Part shown: positions 52,961-61,840 of the stretch, in pieces
How the letters are laid out: the number at the start of each line of letters is the position of its first letter
How positions within the stretch are numbered: the stretch's first letter is position 1
Virus record (IMG/VR): IMGVR_UViG_3300044842_000325
Location: 1-64,000 of that record
Direction: 5' to 3' (one strand)
DNA: 64,000 nucleotides
DNA from: a virus
Taxonomy: Duplodnaviria; Caudoviricetes
Made by a program: the position numbers and the translations under genes
The notes under the pieces: generated by a model
Database searches by the model: none
Told to the model about the DNA's origin: nothing
Seen by the model: only the letters and a program-made list of their open reading frames with translations

Positions 52961-53407
52961 TCAGTTGGATAAGGTGGACAAAATATCGAAGAGCGCATAT
53001 TTGCCATCCTTCTGCGCGGGCAGAATGAACAAATGTTGTCGGTCTTCTGTGGAAAGAAATAACTGACCAAATAGCAAATAGTCACGAATGTCCATTGCTG
53101 CTTGATCGAGTTTAGTAAGTGGGTAGGTGCGGCGCTGTGAAAGTGGAAACGCATCCATCCACATGGGGCCAACAAAAACAGCCACTTGATCACGTACGTC
53201 TTGAATAAAGACATTACGTGCACCCATGGAATCGCACGTGTTCTCGGTGACATGTAAGCTGAGCTTCGTGTACAACGTGGCATGGGAGGCGAATTGACCA
53301 ACCAACACATTGCCCTGCATCAGCTTAATTCCATCGGTGATGACTTGTAAGATTTTGAGGAGTCCTTCCGTACCGGATTGCTTGGGTGTTGTATGAATAA
53401 GTGCCAT
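52961..53407 (-). CDS. Hypothetical protein (AT-richer accessory gene)
   Basis: 148-aa ORF bounded by hairpins. Confidence 0.5.
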   Translation of the reverse strand: MALIHTTPKQSGTEGLLKILQVITDGIKLMQGNVLVGQFASHATLYTKLSLHVTENTCDSMGARNVFIQDVRDQVAVFVGPMWMDAFPLSQRRTYPLTKLDQAAMDIRDYLLFGQLFLSTEDRQHLFILPAQKDGKYALFDILSTLSN

Positions 53408-53483
53408 GCGGCCACGCCTTTATACTGCTTCTTTTTTGCTAATAGAACGGTTGGAAACAAAAGAAAAAACGCTACACAGCATA

Positions 53484-53507
53484 GAGAGACGCCTTCGGGC
53501 GTCTCTC
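53484..53507 (-). terminator. Terminator hairpin
   Basis: GAGAGACGCC-TTCG-GGCGTCTCTC. Confidence 0.7.
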
Positions 53508-53511
53508 GACT

Positions 53512-53880
53512 CTATTGTTTTTCTTTCAACACCCAACCAATACTGAGCACATAACGAATTCCTTGTTTTACTTCTGTTACCGAATGAACCGTAAGGTCAG
53601 GACGAAAAAGGTTGACACGTTTGGTGCGAAAGATGGACTCTTTGCACACCAATTCGCCACCTTCTTTGGCCCGCCAGATTTCAATGTTAAGACGGAAATG
53701 ACGTTTACCTCTACCTGCGGGGTCGCGATGAGGAGGAATACTCGCGCCGACTTTGTAACGAATCAGATGACAGTCAAACTTTAGGAGTTTATTATTGATG
53801 AACGTCATGACATCATAACCCGTCTTTTGACGACCATACTGCCACTTAAACATCGTTGTGTACCACCGTAAAAGCTTCAT
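53512..53880 (-). CDS. 2OG-Fe(II) oxygenase
   Basis: IRY..G..IPPHRD (HxD), EGGEL, HSVTEV..GIRYVLS (distal His and 2OG-binding Arg); AAGGAG RBS. Confidence 0.85.
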   Translation of the reverse strand: MKLLRWYTTMFKWQYGRQKTGYDVMTFINNKLLKFDCHLIRYKVGASIPPHRDPAGRGKRHFRLNIEIWRAKEGGELVCKESIFRTKRVNLFRPDLTVHSVTEVKQGIRYVLSIGWVLKEKQ

Positions 53881-53892
53881 AAATACTCCTTA

Positions 53893-53920
53893 CTGCTACC
53901 GATCCGAAGACCGGTAGCAG
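53893..53920 (-). terminator. Hairpin after the helicase gene
   Basis: CTGCTACCG...CGGTAGCAG. Confidence 0.55.
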
Positions 53921-53923
53921 AGG

Positions 53924-55489
53924 TTAAATCAGCGTGCCGTAGTAACGCGGTTCGTACTTCAGTGCACGGGTCGCCAACAGCTCTTTCTTACGCTGATGGT
54001 AATCCACATGCTTAATGATGTCATCTGCCACGAAGTACACGAAAAACATTTCACGCCCCAGTGTCGGGTCTTTCCGGTTCAAGTCCCGCAAGCGACCAAA
54101 GCCTTGCAAGTTAGATGGCGAACTGTTGATGGCCACAGTAAGAATCACAGTGGTCAATTGCGCAATGTCTTTCCCCGTGCCAGCAGCTTTCAGGGTTGAC
54201 ATGCTCATATCCGCATTCATCAGGTTCTCAAACGGGTCGAGCGTACTCACATAACGTCGCACTTCAATGTGGGGATAGATCGGCGTGATGTAATTCGTGA
54301 AGAGCGTGCACATCTCGATGGTGGCAAAGTAGATCAGACAACGGTCACCAGGCCGGTACTTCAAGTCATACGTGTAGAGCAAGCTGTCGCGCACCATCCC
54401 AAAGTAAGCGGCAGTTTTCTCTTTCGACTTCATGATGCTCTTTTCGAACTCCACATGAGAATACGAACCCATACCCTTTTGCAAAGTCCGAATTTCATTG
54501 GGACGACGCAAACTGTAGTGGAGCGAATAAGCGGTCACGTATTTCTTAAAGCCACCCTTATCGAAGCGTTGCGTGGGTGGGTACGCCACCCGCATCATAC
54601 CGTCAAGGAACCGATCATCGTGGAACAGCGTGGCCGAAAGCGACACTGAGTAGACCACGTTGGTGTACAGATCGATTTTGAACATGAGGTGGAAGTTCTC
54701 ATGCACTTCATCGATCACCCGTAACCCAGCACGAATATGTTGAAAAAAAAGATGGGGCGGGGCTGCATAACCCTCCGCATTAAGCAGAGCCGTGCCAGAA
54801 CCATGGAACTCATAGGCGTCGATGTACATGCGGAATGTAATCGTGCTGACGATGATAGCGTCGTAGGGTAGGTCACCTTCCGCAGCCATGTCGAGCAATG
54901 ACTTCAAGGAATCGCTGCCTTGAATCACCGCGATGCGTTTTTTGTTGATCACGCAGTTTTCATCGAACGCTTTGAGCCACTGTTTGATGTACTTGGGTTC
55001 AACCATAATCACCATACGCAAGCGCAACTTGGCCGCAGCATACATGGCAGTAAACGTCTTACCCGCCCCCGGCTGCATGATCACGACCTTGTTACGGATC
55101 TCGCTGTGTTCACTGGTGATATATTCGATCGCCTCTTCTTGTAAAGGGTCAGGGAAGAATCCCGGTCGCGTTTCGAGATACATCGGATCGGCCAAATAAC
55201 CATCCGCGACTTTCCACTCGATGGCGCCTGGGGCGTCGAGATTATGCCGATGCAAAATCTTTTTGAATGTCTCCAAATGGTTGATGTGGTAACGGAACTC
55301 GCTACGCGACGTTGTGGACGCCGCGTAGCACCGATCGGGGACCTCTTGTAAAGGTCGCCCGCGGCCGACGAACTTCTTCACGTACTGGATGAGAGAACGT
55401 GAGAATTCAGCGCAGGCGACCTTGACCCCTAAAGAAGCACGGCTGACCACGAAATGGTGTGATGCAACCGTGATAGTGGCGATGGTCAT
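53924..55489 (-). CDS. Superfamily 2 DExH helicase (phiKZ gp75-like)
   Basis: Walker A QPGAGKT, DEVH, motif III SAT, motif VI QGFGRLR. Confidence 0.9.
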   Translation of the reverse strand: MTIATITVASHHFVVSRASLGVKVACAEFSRSLIQYVKKFVGRGRPLQEVPDRCYAASTTSRSEFRYHINHLETFKKILHRHNLDAPGAIEWKVADGYLADPMYLETRPGFFPDPLQEEAIEYITSEHSEIRNKVVIMQPGAGKTFTAMYAAAKLRLRMVIMVEPKYIKQWLKAFDENCVINKKRIAVIQGSDSLKSLLDMAAEGDLPYDAIIVSTITFRMYIDAYEFHGSGTALLNAEGYAAPPHLFFQHIRAGLRVIDEVHENFHLMFKIDLYTNVVYSVSLSATLFHDDRFLDGMMRVAYPPTQRFDKGGFKKYVTAYSLHYSLRRPNEIRTLQKGMGSYSHVEFEKSIMKSKEKTAAYFGMVRDSLLYTYDLKYRPGDRCLIYFATIEMCTLFTNYITPIYPHIEVRRYVSTLDPFENLMNADMSMSTLKAAGTGKDIAQLTTVILTVAINSSPSNLQGFGRLRDLNRKDPTLGREMFFVYFVADDIIKHVDYHQRKKELLATRALKYEPRYYGTLI

Positions 55490-57612
55490 GTTGTTTGTGG
55501 GCTACCGAAAACCTTTGTGGGTGTATAGATGCCGTCAAACAAATGGTCAAGCCGGTTGGTGTGGATGAAGCTGGCCGGGTCATTCGGCGCTTCGTATTGT
55601 TTCTCGAAGGCGAACAGCACCGACAGACTACGCCCTTTCATCGTCATGGACAACACCGAAGGTTGCGATGTGGTCCATGGCTTTGGCAAGCCGTAATCGT
55701 TGGCTTCGGCCGAGATGATCGTCGTCGCGTACAGAATCACTTCCAGACACGACAAGTTCACATTCAGCTTCCGGTTCACGAAATCGAACAGGTCGACAAT
55801 CATCTTGTCAGCCGTTTCGGTCCGTGCGCGTGCTTTCATTTCTGCCACACGCGATTCCAACCGCCGGGCCACTTGGTCGACGTGGTCCGAGTTATTGAAG
55901 TGCTTGGCAGGCATCACCAAGACAGGATCGTCCCAGTTCCAATTGGTCAGATCCACCTCATAACGATCTTCACCTTTGCGCTTACTACGCGGATCATCGG
56001 CACTGGCCGAGATGGTCTTGTACCCGTACTCCTTGATGTAGTTGAGCATCTCGTACGACAGGCTCGCTTCGCGGCTACCGGGTACCCCGACCGAGGCACT
56101 GACGGTATAGCTGAGCGTACCCACCTTTTGCTTCGCCCCCGTTGTGGCTTCGAAGTCCGGAATCCCTTCAGCGAATTTGATGTTGAGCACCGTCATTTCA
56201 CTGTAGTGGTTTTCCGGGTGCAGCTCGACATCCTCCACACTCTTGATATCGTGCAAACTTTCCACTTGGCTGCGCAAGAACACCAGGCTGACGTCCTTGT
56301 CCTCGATCAGCTTGTTTAGCAAGTACGATGAGTTATCGGGTCCCCCCACAATGTAATTGCGCCAGCGTGGATCAACATCGATCCGTTCCAACGCGCTAGA
56401 ACGCTCCAGGTGCTTCGCGGACAGCAGTGCTTGGGTTGCTTGCTCTGCCATCGTGGTCGCGCACCACTGGCCGATATTCGCGTCTGGTGGTACGTTGAAC
56501 GCCAGCAGCCCGAAACAGGTCGAGCACACACCGACTGGATCAGGGTGAGCACAGTGCAGCGTGCTGCGCAGCCGTACTGTTTGGCCCAGCAGGTGGAAGT
56601 CGAGTGGGCTTAGCACCTTGAGCTGCCCCGTGGCTTCGTCGAGATAATACTTGCCGTTGAGCAGTTCCAAGTCGCTGGCTTTGACTTCTTCACCCGATTC
56701 ATCCACCATCCGGTCGCGTAGCTTCCACGACAGGTACTGGGTCGACCCACAGTCACAGTCTTGGTGGATGTGGCGTACGTTCTGCGACACGAATTGCAGC
56801 TTACGCGAGAAATACTCGGACATCCTGAGCGACTCGGCCGCGTAGTACGATGCACGTGCCGCCGAACGCGTTTCGATGGCGGAGTCGGCGATGCCGCGGA
56901 TGCCTTCCACATAACCACGTCGGATCGTGTGGCCGAAGATACGCGAGTTCATGTCAGTCGGATTGCCGCGGGGACCGATGTTCTGGTGCACCTGGGTTTC
57001 CTTGAGCAGCTTCGAACGGTACTCGCGCACCAGCGGATTGTGAGCCAGACGCGTGGTCTTCTTGAACACGTTGTCGATTGTCTGGTACACTTCCCGCACG
57101 TGGATCTCACCGCGTTGCACTGCTTGGTTGGCCGCGTAGATTTCCGGATCGTCCATCGCTTCGTGGAAGTGCAGGATGTCGATGGTGCCGACAAACCGCC
57201 CTGCACGTTTGATGAAGTCACAATACTGAAAGTTGTTGATGTCGTACGCCATCTTCCACAGCACCGTGCGCTCGATCGGCTCGCCGTTGGCCTTGTACGT
57301 ATCGTAGGTCGACAACATACAGTTGCCGATGAGTTTCAAATCTTGACTGATCGACAGGCGTCCTGGCAGACCCGTCTTCTTGTCGAACTTCAGGATGCCG
57401 CGGATATGGTGATCCGCCAACAGCGGCGTGTTGCGATAACGCCGATGGAAGTCCCACGCATAACTGCTGTAACACGTCTCCACATGGTTGGTTTTGAATT
57501 CCTCACCATCATCCATGACCAGGATGAATTCACCGGTGAGTACGTTCCACAGATCGGTAGCGGCAAAGTCCAACAGGCAACGGGCTGGGATACGTTTGAG
57601 TGGTTGGGTCAT
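55486..57612 (-). CDS. Non-virion RNA polymerase beta' C-terminal subunit (phiKZ gp74-like)
   Basis: GPRG..TD, SEYFSRKLQ, DCGS, RSTLHC....GVCSTCFG, IGQWCATTMAEQATQALLSAKH (trigger-loop equivalent). Confidence 0.85.
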   Translation of the reverse strand: MTQPLKRIPARCLLDFAATDLWNVLTGEFILVMDDGEEFKTNHVETCYSSYAWDFHRRYRNTPLLADHHIRGILKFDKKTGLPGRLSISQDLKLIGNCMLSTYDTYKANGEPIERTVLWKMAYDINNFQYCDFIKRAGRFVGTIDILHFHEAMDDPEIYAANQAVQRGEIHVREVYQTIDNVFKKTTRLAHNPLVREYRSKLLKETQVHQNIGPRGNPTDMNSRIFGHTIRRGYVEGIRGIADSAIETRSAARASYYAAESLRMSEYFSRKLQFVSQNVRHIHQDCDCGSTQYLSWKLRDRMVDESGEEVKASDLELLNGKYYLDEATGQLKVLSPLDFHLLGQTVRLRSTLHCAHPDPVGVCSTCFGLLAFNVPPDANIGQWCATTMAEQATQALLSAKHLERSSALERIDVDPRWRNYIVGGPDNSSYLLNKLIEDKDVSLVFLRSQVESLHDIKSVEDVELHPENHYSEMTVLNIKFAEGIPDFEATTGAKQKVGTLSYTVSASVGVPGSREASLSYEMLNYIKEYGYKTISASADDPRSKRKGEDRYEVDLTNWNWDDPVLVMPAKHFNNSDHVDQVARRLESRVAEMKARARTETADKMIVDLFDFVNRKLNVNLSCLEVILYATTIISAEANDYGLPKPWTTSQPSVLSMTMKGRSLSVLFAFEKQYEAPNDPASFIHTNRLDHLFDGIYTPTKVFGSPQTT

Positions 57613-57634
57613 ATTCCTTATGTTTCCTCAAGCA

Positions 57635-57658
57635 CCTGCCCCGAGGTGGCGGGGCAGG
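57635..57658 (-). terminator. Intergenic hairpin between nvRNAP genes
   Basis: CCTGCCCCG-AGGTGG-CGGGGCAGG. Confidence 0.55.
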
Positions 57659-57669
57659 CCGTGGTTGAA

Positions 57670-59877
57670 TTAAGCAGCGACAGGTTGCGGCGCCAGATAG
57701 AATCCCATGTTGGCCGGGTGCGTCGGACGATACGGCTCCCACGTCATCTCGTAACCGCCGCAAGCCCACACGTGGTTGACAGTTTGCAGACTGCGCGAAC
57801 CATCGAGCGGGATGACGCTGCGGTCGACCGCTTGGAAGATGCGGGTCGGTGCTTCGGCTTCGAAGATACTCCAGCACATGGCTTTGTGGGCTTCCACGCT
57901 GTTGTTGCGGTCGAGGATCTCGGCAGCCGTGAGTGTACCCGAATACGACAACACGATGCGGATTTCCGATTCGCCGTATGCCTTGGTCGGTTGCATGCGA
58001 ATGCGTTCCGAATACTTGTCGGCATTCGAGAGCGTCGCTTGCACCCCGGCGTGTTGACGGCGAGTCGATGCCACAGCTGACCAACTGTCCGCGATCTTCT
58101 CCAGCATGATGATCGACAGCGGCGCGATCCGGATCGGTTCCACCGTGGGTTCATGGATACCCGCAGCGGTTTTGTAAACCACAGGGCCGAAGGTCGGCGG
58201 GTACAGACGCTCGATGTCCGATACCATGTCCTTCAGTTCCAGCTCGTGGTCCGACCGCATGTACAACACCGCGTGGCCTTTGGCCAGGATGTACGACAGA
58301 TGCGAAATCGGCGTCGAGTTGAAGTCACCGTTACGGAACACCGCCGCTTGACGCGGCACCGTGATGTCGTAAAAGCCCAACAGGTATTCCCACGCCCGAC
58401 TCAAGTCTTGTGGGCGCTCACGCTGCACACGCATCAGATCGGTCATGATCACCGAACGACGGCGACGGTCTTCGATTCCCAGAATACGCACGACCTGCTT
58501 GTACATGTCGCGCGCTGCGCCGTTGATGATGTGCTCATACAGGCGACCTGGGATCATGCGGTTATTCACCGCTGCTTGGTCAAAGATCATCTCAGCGCGG
58601 TTGCCATCGGCATCGACCGGCATGTCTTCATCTTCCCAGATGGAGACCACCACCCCTTTACCGCCGAACAGATCGGTGAACTTGTTCCCCATGTTGGGGA
58701 TGATCTTGTTCTTGATGGTAAATTCCATCCGGTAGTCGTCCAAGCGCGTTTTCTTGTGCACCTTCACGACCGTGTTATTGTCCTGGTTGGGGGCCAACAC
58801 CGAGATGGCTTCGATGATCAGGCTGTGCAGTTTCGGTTGCAAGATCGGATCACGACCCAGCAGATGGGTGGTTTGGCGCCACCAATCATACACCCCGCGC
58901 AGGAATTCACGCCGCCCGGCATCGTAACGCAGCGGCTGCGCTTCCATCGGTGCCGGTGTACCCATGATGCCGGTGTTGAAGTCGTGGTGGACTTTGATGT
59001 CGATCACTTCGCCATCGGCACACACCTTTTCATCAAACATGAAGTCGATGCGTTGGCAGGCTTTGACGGATTGCTCAGCAAACACCAGATCCGGTCGGTA
59101 CGAACGCAGCGCCATCAGTACGCCGTCAGGATTGACGCGCTCACCAATGTTCGGGCAGATCTTGTAATTCTCATCGTCACCGTACAGATTAAGTGGGAAC
59201 TTGGTTTGACCGAATTCCACCACCCGACGCTCGAATGTATTGAAGCCAAACTTCTTCAGCGCAGAACGTGCCACCACGATGCCGTCCTCAGCGACATCGG
59301 GTAAACCCATCATGGCCACGTTGATGGTCACACTGAAAGCGTAGTCGACACCGCCATCAGGATCATCGCGGTCCACAATCACCCCGGGTGAATCGCGAAA
59401 CACGGTGTCCTTCTCGATGGTTGCGCCATGTGACAGCTTGGGCATGCCTTCGCGGTCAACGTAACTGAACCCAAGATAAGGGTGGAACGTGCTGTAATCT
59501 GTGAGGCTCACCATCCCGTACTCGTACATTGCGTCCGGTTCCGTGGTCCGGAAAATCGCAACAGTCTCGGGTGGGTTGGTGCGGAATGTATCGTCTCCCT
59601 CCTTCTTGGGGTAGCGGTGAATGATCTTTTCCACGCGCCCCGTGGCCGGCATGCGCTGTGCAAAGGTGGTCTTCGCCAGCAACGTATCCAGACCGGATTG
59701 GATGATGCGCTCTTGCACACCGTCCACCACGACGATCTGACCTAGGTTATTCCCGTACATTTGCTTACGGGATGCGGAAATGGCCGCATTGAAGGGATTG
59801 ATCGCCATGATGCTCTCGCCTTGCGGGAAGTGCTCATTGCGCTGGTAATACGACTTCTTGATATCCCATGATGCCAT
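57670..59877 (-). CDS. Non-virion RNA polymerase beta C-terminal subunit (phiKZ gp71-73-like), uninterrupted
   Basis: SASRKQM...Q, AEDGIVV, GNKFTDLFGGKGVV...EDMP......AEMIFD......RM..GR, GESE.R. Confidence 0.9.
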   Translation of the reverse strand: MASWDIKKSYYQRNEHFPQGESIMAINPFNAAISASRKQMYGNNLGQIVVVDGVQERIIQSGLDTLLAKTTFAQRMPATGRVEKIIHRYPKKEGDDTFRTNPPETVAIFRTTEPDAMYEYGMVSLTDYSTFHPYLGFSYVDREGMPKLSHGATIEKDTVFRDSPGVIVDRDDPDGGVDYAFSVTINVAMMGLPDVAEDGIVVARSALKKFGFNTFERRVVEFGQTKFPLNLYGDDENYKICPNIGERVNPDGVLMALRSYRPDLVFAEQSVKACQRIDFMFDEKVCADGEVIDIKVHHDFNTGIMGTPAPMEAQPLRYDAGRREFLRGVYDWWRQTTHLLGRDPILQPKLHSLIIEAISVLAPNQDNNTVVKVHKKTRLDDYRMEFTIKNKIIPNMGNKFTDLFGGKGVVVSIWEDEDMPVDADGNRAEMIFDQAAVNNRMIPGRLYEHIINGAARDMYKQVVRILGIEDRRRRSVIMTDLMRVQRERPQDLSRAWEYLLGFYDITVPRQAAVFRNGDFNSTPISHLSYILAKGHAVLYMRSDHELELKDMVSDIERLYPPTFGPVVYKTAAGIHEPTVEPIRIAPLSIIMLEKIADSWSAVASTRRQHAGVQATLSNADKYSERIRMQPTKAYGESEIRIVLSYSGTLTAAEILDRNNSVEAHKAMCWSIFEAEAPTRIFQAVDRSVIPLDGSRSLQTVNHVWACGGYEMTWEPYRPTHPANMGFYLAPQPVAA

Positions 59878-59938
59878 ACGTAATCCTTTGTTATGGATTT
59901 GTTTGTTGTTACTTATGAGGCGATTGGCCTACGTATTA

Positions 59939-59955
59939 GTGATATAGGCTTGAAA
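59939..59955 (-). promoter_or_regulatory. Putative early promoter TTTCAA-N3-TATATCAC
   Basis: One mismatch to phiKZ early TATATTAC; directly upstream of an nvRNAP subunit gene, which must be expressed early. Confidence 0.65.
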
Positions 59956-59981
59956 CTTTTTAATGCAAATTGAGGTGGAAA

Positions 59982-60308
59982 ATGGCGTTGTCCGACTTGA
60001 TGGTTGACCCTGGTGACGACTTGTTTTACGACAGTGATTTCCGCAACGTCTTGGAAGACCACATGACGTATCTGCGCGAGAACTACTCCCAAGTAAAGAT
60101 GATCAATCCCGACCAAGCGTATCAGTGGCGGGGTGATATGTTCGGGTTACTGGATGTGATGGGATATGCACGCCAGTACCATTGGTTGATCATGCGGCTG
60201 AATCAGTTCACTTCCCCCCTTCAGTTCCATGAAAACGTGTTGGCGATTTTGGTCCCCGACACGGATGCCGTGGATCGAATCGCGCAGTCGCACAAAACCA
60301 AGAAGTGA
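59982..60308 (+). CDS. Small baseplate wedge protein (T4 gp53/LysM-like)
   Basis: GAGG RBS before ATG 59982; AYQWRGDMFGLL...YHWLIMRLN..TSP.......ILVPD. Confidence 0.55.
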   Translation: MALSDLMVDPGDDLFYDSDFRNVLEDHMTYLRENYSQVKMINPDQAYQWRGDMFGLLDVMGYARQYHWLIMRLNQFTSPLQFHENVLAILVPDTDAVDRIAQSHKTKK

Positions 60309-60426
60309 GCAAGATCAGCTAATAGATAGCGTTAATCTTTTTTAACACTATTGAGAAAAAATGAAGTGCAAAAGCAACTGCCAACACAACCCGCGAAGGT
60401 TGTGTTGGCTGTATGCCGTCGACCGA

Positions 60427-61791
60427 TTAATAACGGCGAGGTGGCTGCATCGGCGGCATGTATTGCTGCTGTTGCGGTTGCTGGTACACCGGCTGACCGT
60501 AACCCGGATACACGGCTTGTTGGCCAGGGTAGTACGGTTGCTGCTGTTGCTGCGGATAACGACCGCCGCCGAGCAACCGGTTCATGTCGCTCACGCTCAT
60601 ACTACCAGCCGGTGCACCTGCGCCCGGTTGTGCCGGAGGCGGCGGCATGTACTGCGTTGCCGGGTTGTACGGTTGCTGGTAGATCGCCGGTTTCGGTGCA
60701 TCCCATGGCGCCGGCGGCGGTGCCGCAGGTGCCGGAGCGGGTGCCGGTTGGTGATTGGCTTGGGCGCGTTGACGCGGATCGATGGCTTCCGGGGCTGGTT
60801 CGTTGATGACACTGGTCGCTTGCGGCGGGATCATGCGGATTTGCGGCCACAGCGCATCCAGATTGTCGAAGGCCGGCGCCCAGTCCAGATTCAGCAGGGC
60901 GTCCTTGAGCAGACGGTCATGCTGCGGCGACACGCCGGTCAGGCGTTCCGTGATGGCATTCAGGTGGCGACCCAGTGCCAGCCAGGCAGTCATCATGGCG
61001 TCCAGCGACGGCGCGATACGCGAGTTGGAGCCGACGTCGTAGTGGTTCGGGACGTCCAGATTCGGCACCAGATAGCGCATCAGGCCCAGGAACGGTTTGC
61101 GGTCCTTGACCTTGACTTCGCACCCGAACACCTTGTCTTCCGGTTTCGGCGGCTTCTTCGCCTTCGGCGCAGCCTTGTACGCTTCCGCATCTTCGTCGAG
61201 TTTCTTGAGTTCGTCGTAGAACGGGAACGTCACGGCCGCGACGCGCTGGTAGCTCTGGCCCCGCAGGACGGCCGCTTGGCGGATGTACATCGACACGAAG
61301 ACTTGTTGGATCTGGTTCGGCTTGGAGGCGGCTTCAGCGATGTCATTCCAGTGCTTGACCGTTTCACCGATGTCTTCCCAGCGTTCCAGCGAGCCTTGGT
61401 CAGCGTCGACCACCAGTTCGAGGAAGTCCTTCTGGTCCGGCGACAGGCGCTTGGTGATTTCCTTGTTGGCGATGAAGTCCAGGATCACGAAGCCGAGCGT
61501 GCCGATCACGAGGTTGAAGCGGTTGATCAGCCAGTGGCGGTAGCGTGACATCAGGTCGGAATCCTTCGGTCCGCTTTCGCGCAGCAGGTGGAACACTTCG
61601 TACTCGTTGGCCTTGGGGTCCTTCAGCCGTGCCTCGTACGGCAGCACCACCAGCTTGCGATCTTTGGCCGTTACGGGGATGTATTCGCCGGGTTCGACTT
61701 CCATCCGGACGAAGCCTTCCGACGTGGCCTCCATGCGCGCCAGTGCCAGCATCGAAATGTAGGTACTGAACATGTCGGGTTGATCACTCAT
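60427..61791 (-). CDS. Conserved core protein (phiKZ gp70-like) with Pro/Gln/Tyr-rich C-terminal tail
   Basis: Position between the gp69-like and gp71-like genes; low-complexity tail. Confidence 0.55.
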   Translation of the reverse strand: MSDQPDMFSTYISMLALARMEATSEGFVRMEVEPGEYIPVTAKDRKLVVLPYEARLKDPKANEYEVFHLLRESGPKDSDLMSRYRHWLINRFNLVIGTLGFVILDFIANKEITKRLSPDQKDFLELVVDADQGSLERWEDIGETVKHWNDIAEAASKPNQIQQVFVSMYIRQAAVLRGQSYQRVAAVTFPFYDELKKLDEDAEAYKAAPKAKKPPKPEDKVFGCEVKVKDRKPFLGLMRYLVPNLDVPNHYDVGSNSRIAPSLDAMMTAWLALGRHLNAITERLTGVSPQHDRLLKDALLNLDWAPAFDNLDALWPQIRMIPPQATSVINEPAPEAIDPRQRAQANHQPAPAPAPAAPPPAPWDAPKPAIYQQPYNPATQYMPPPPAQPGAGAPAGSMSVSDMNRLLGGGRYPQQQQQPYYPGQQAVYPGYGQPVYQQPQQQQYMPPMQPPRRY

Positions 61792-61813
61792 TGTGTTTTC
61801 CTTTTCTTATAAC

Positions 61814-61834
61814 TGCCCCGCGTTAAGCGGGGCA
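61814..61834 (-). terminator. Hairpin with downstream A/T tract
   Basis: TGCCCCGC-GTTAA-GCGGGGCA. Confidence 0.5.
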
Positions 61835-61840
61835 TGTGGT

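Noticed and set aside
54743-54750. A8 homopolymer in the helicase gene as a phase-variation or frameshift site
   Set aside because: The ORF is intact with all helicase motifs in one frame, and no alternative-frame product is evident
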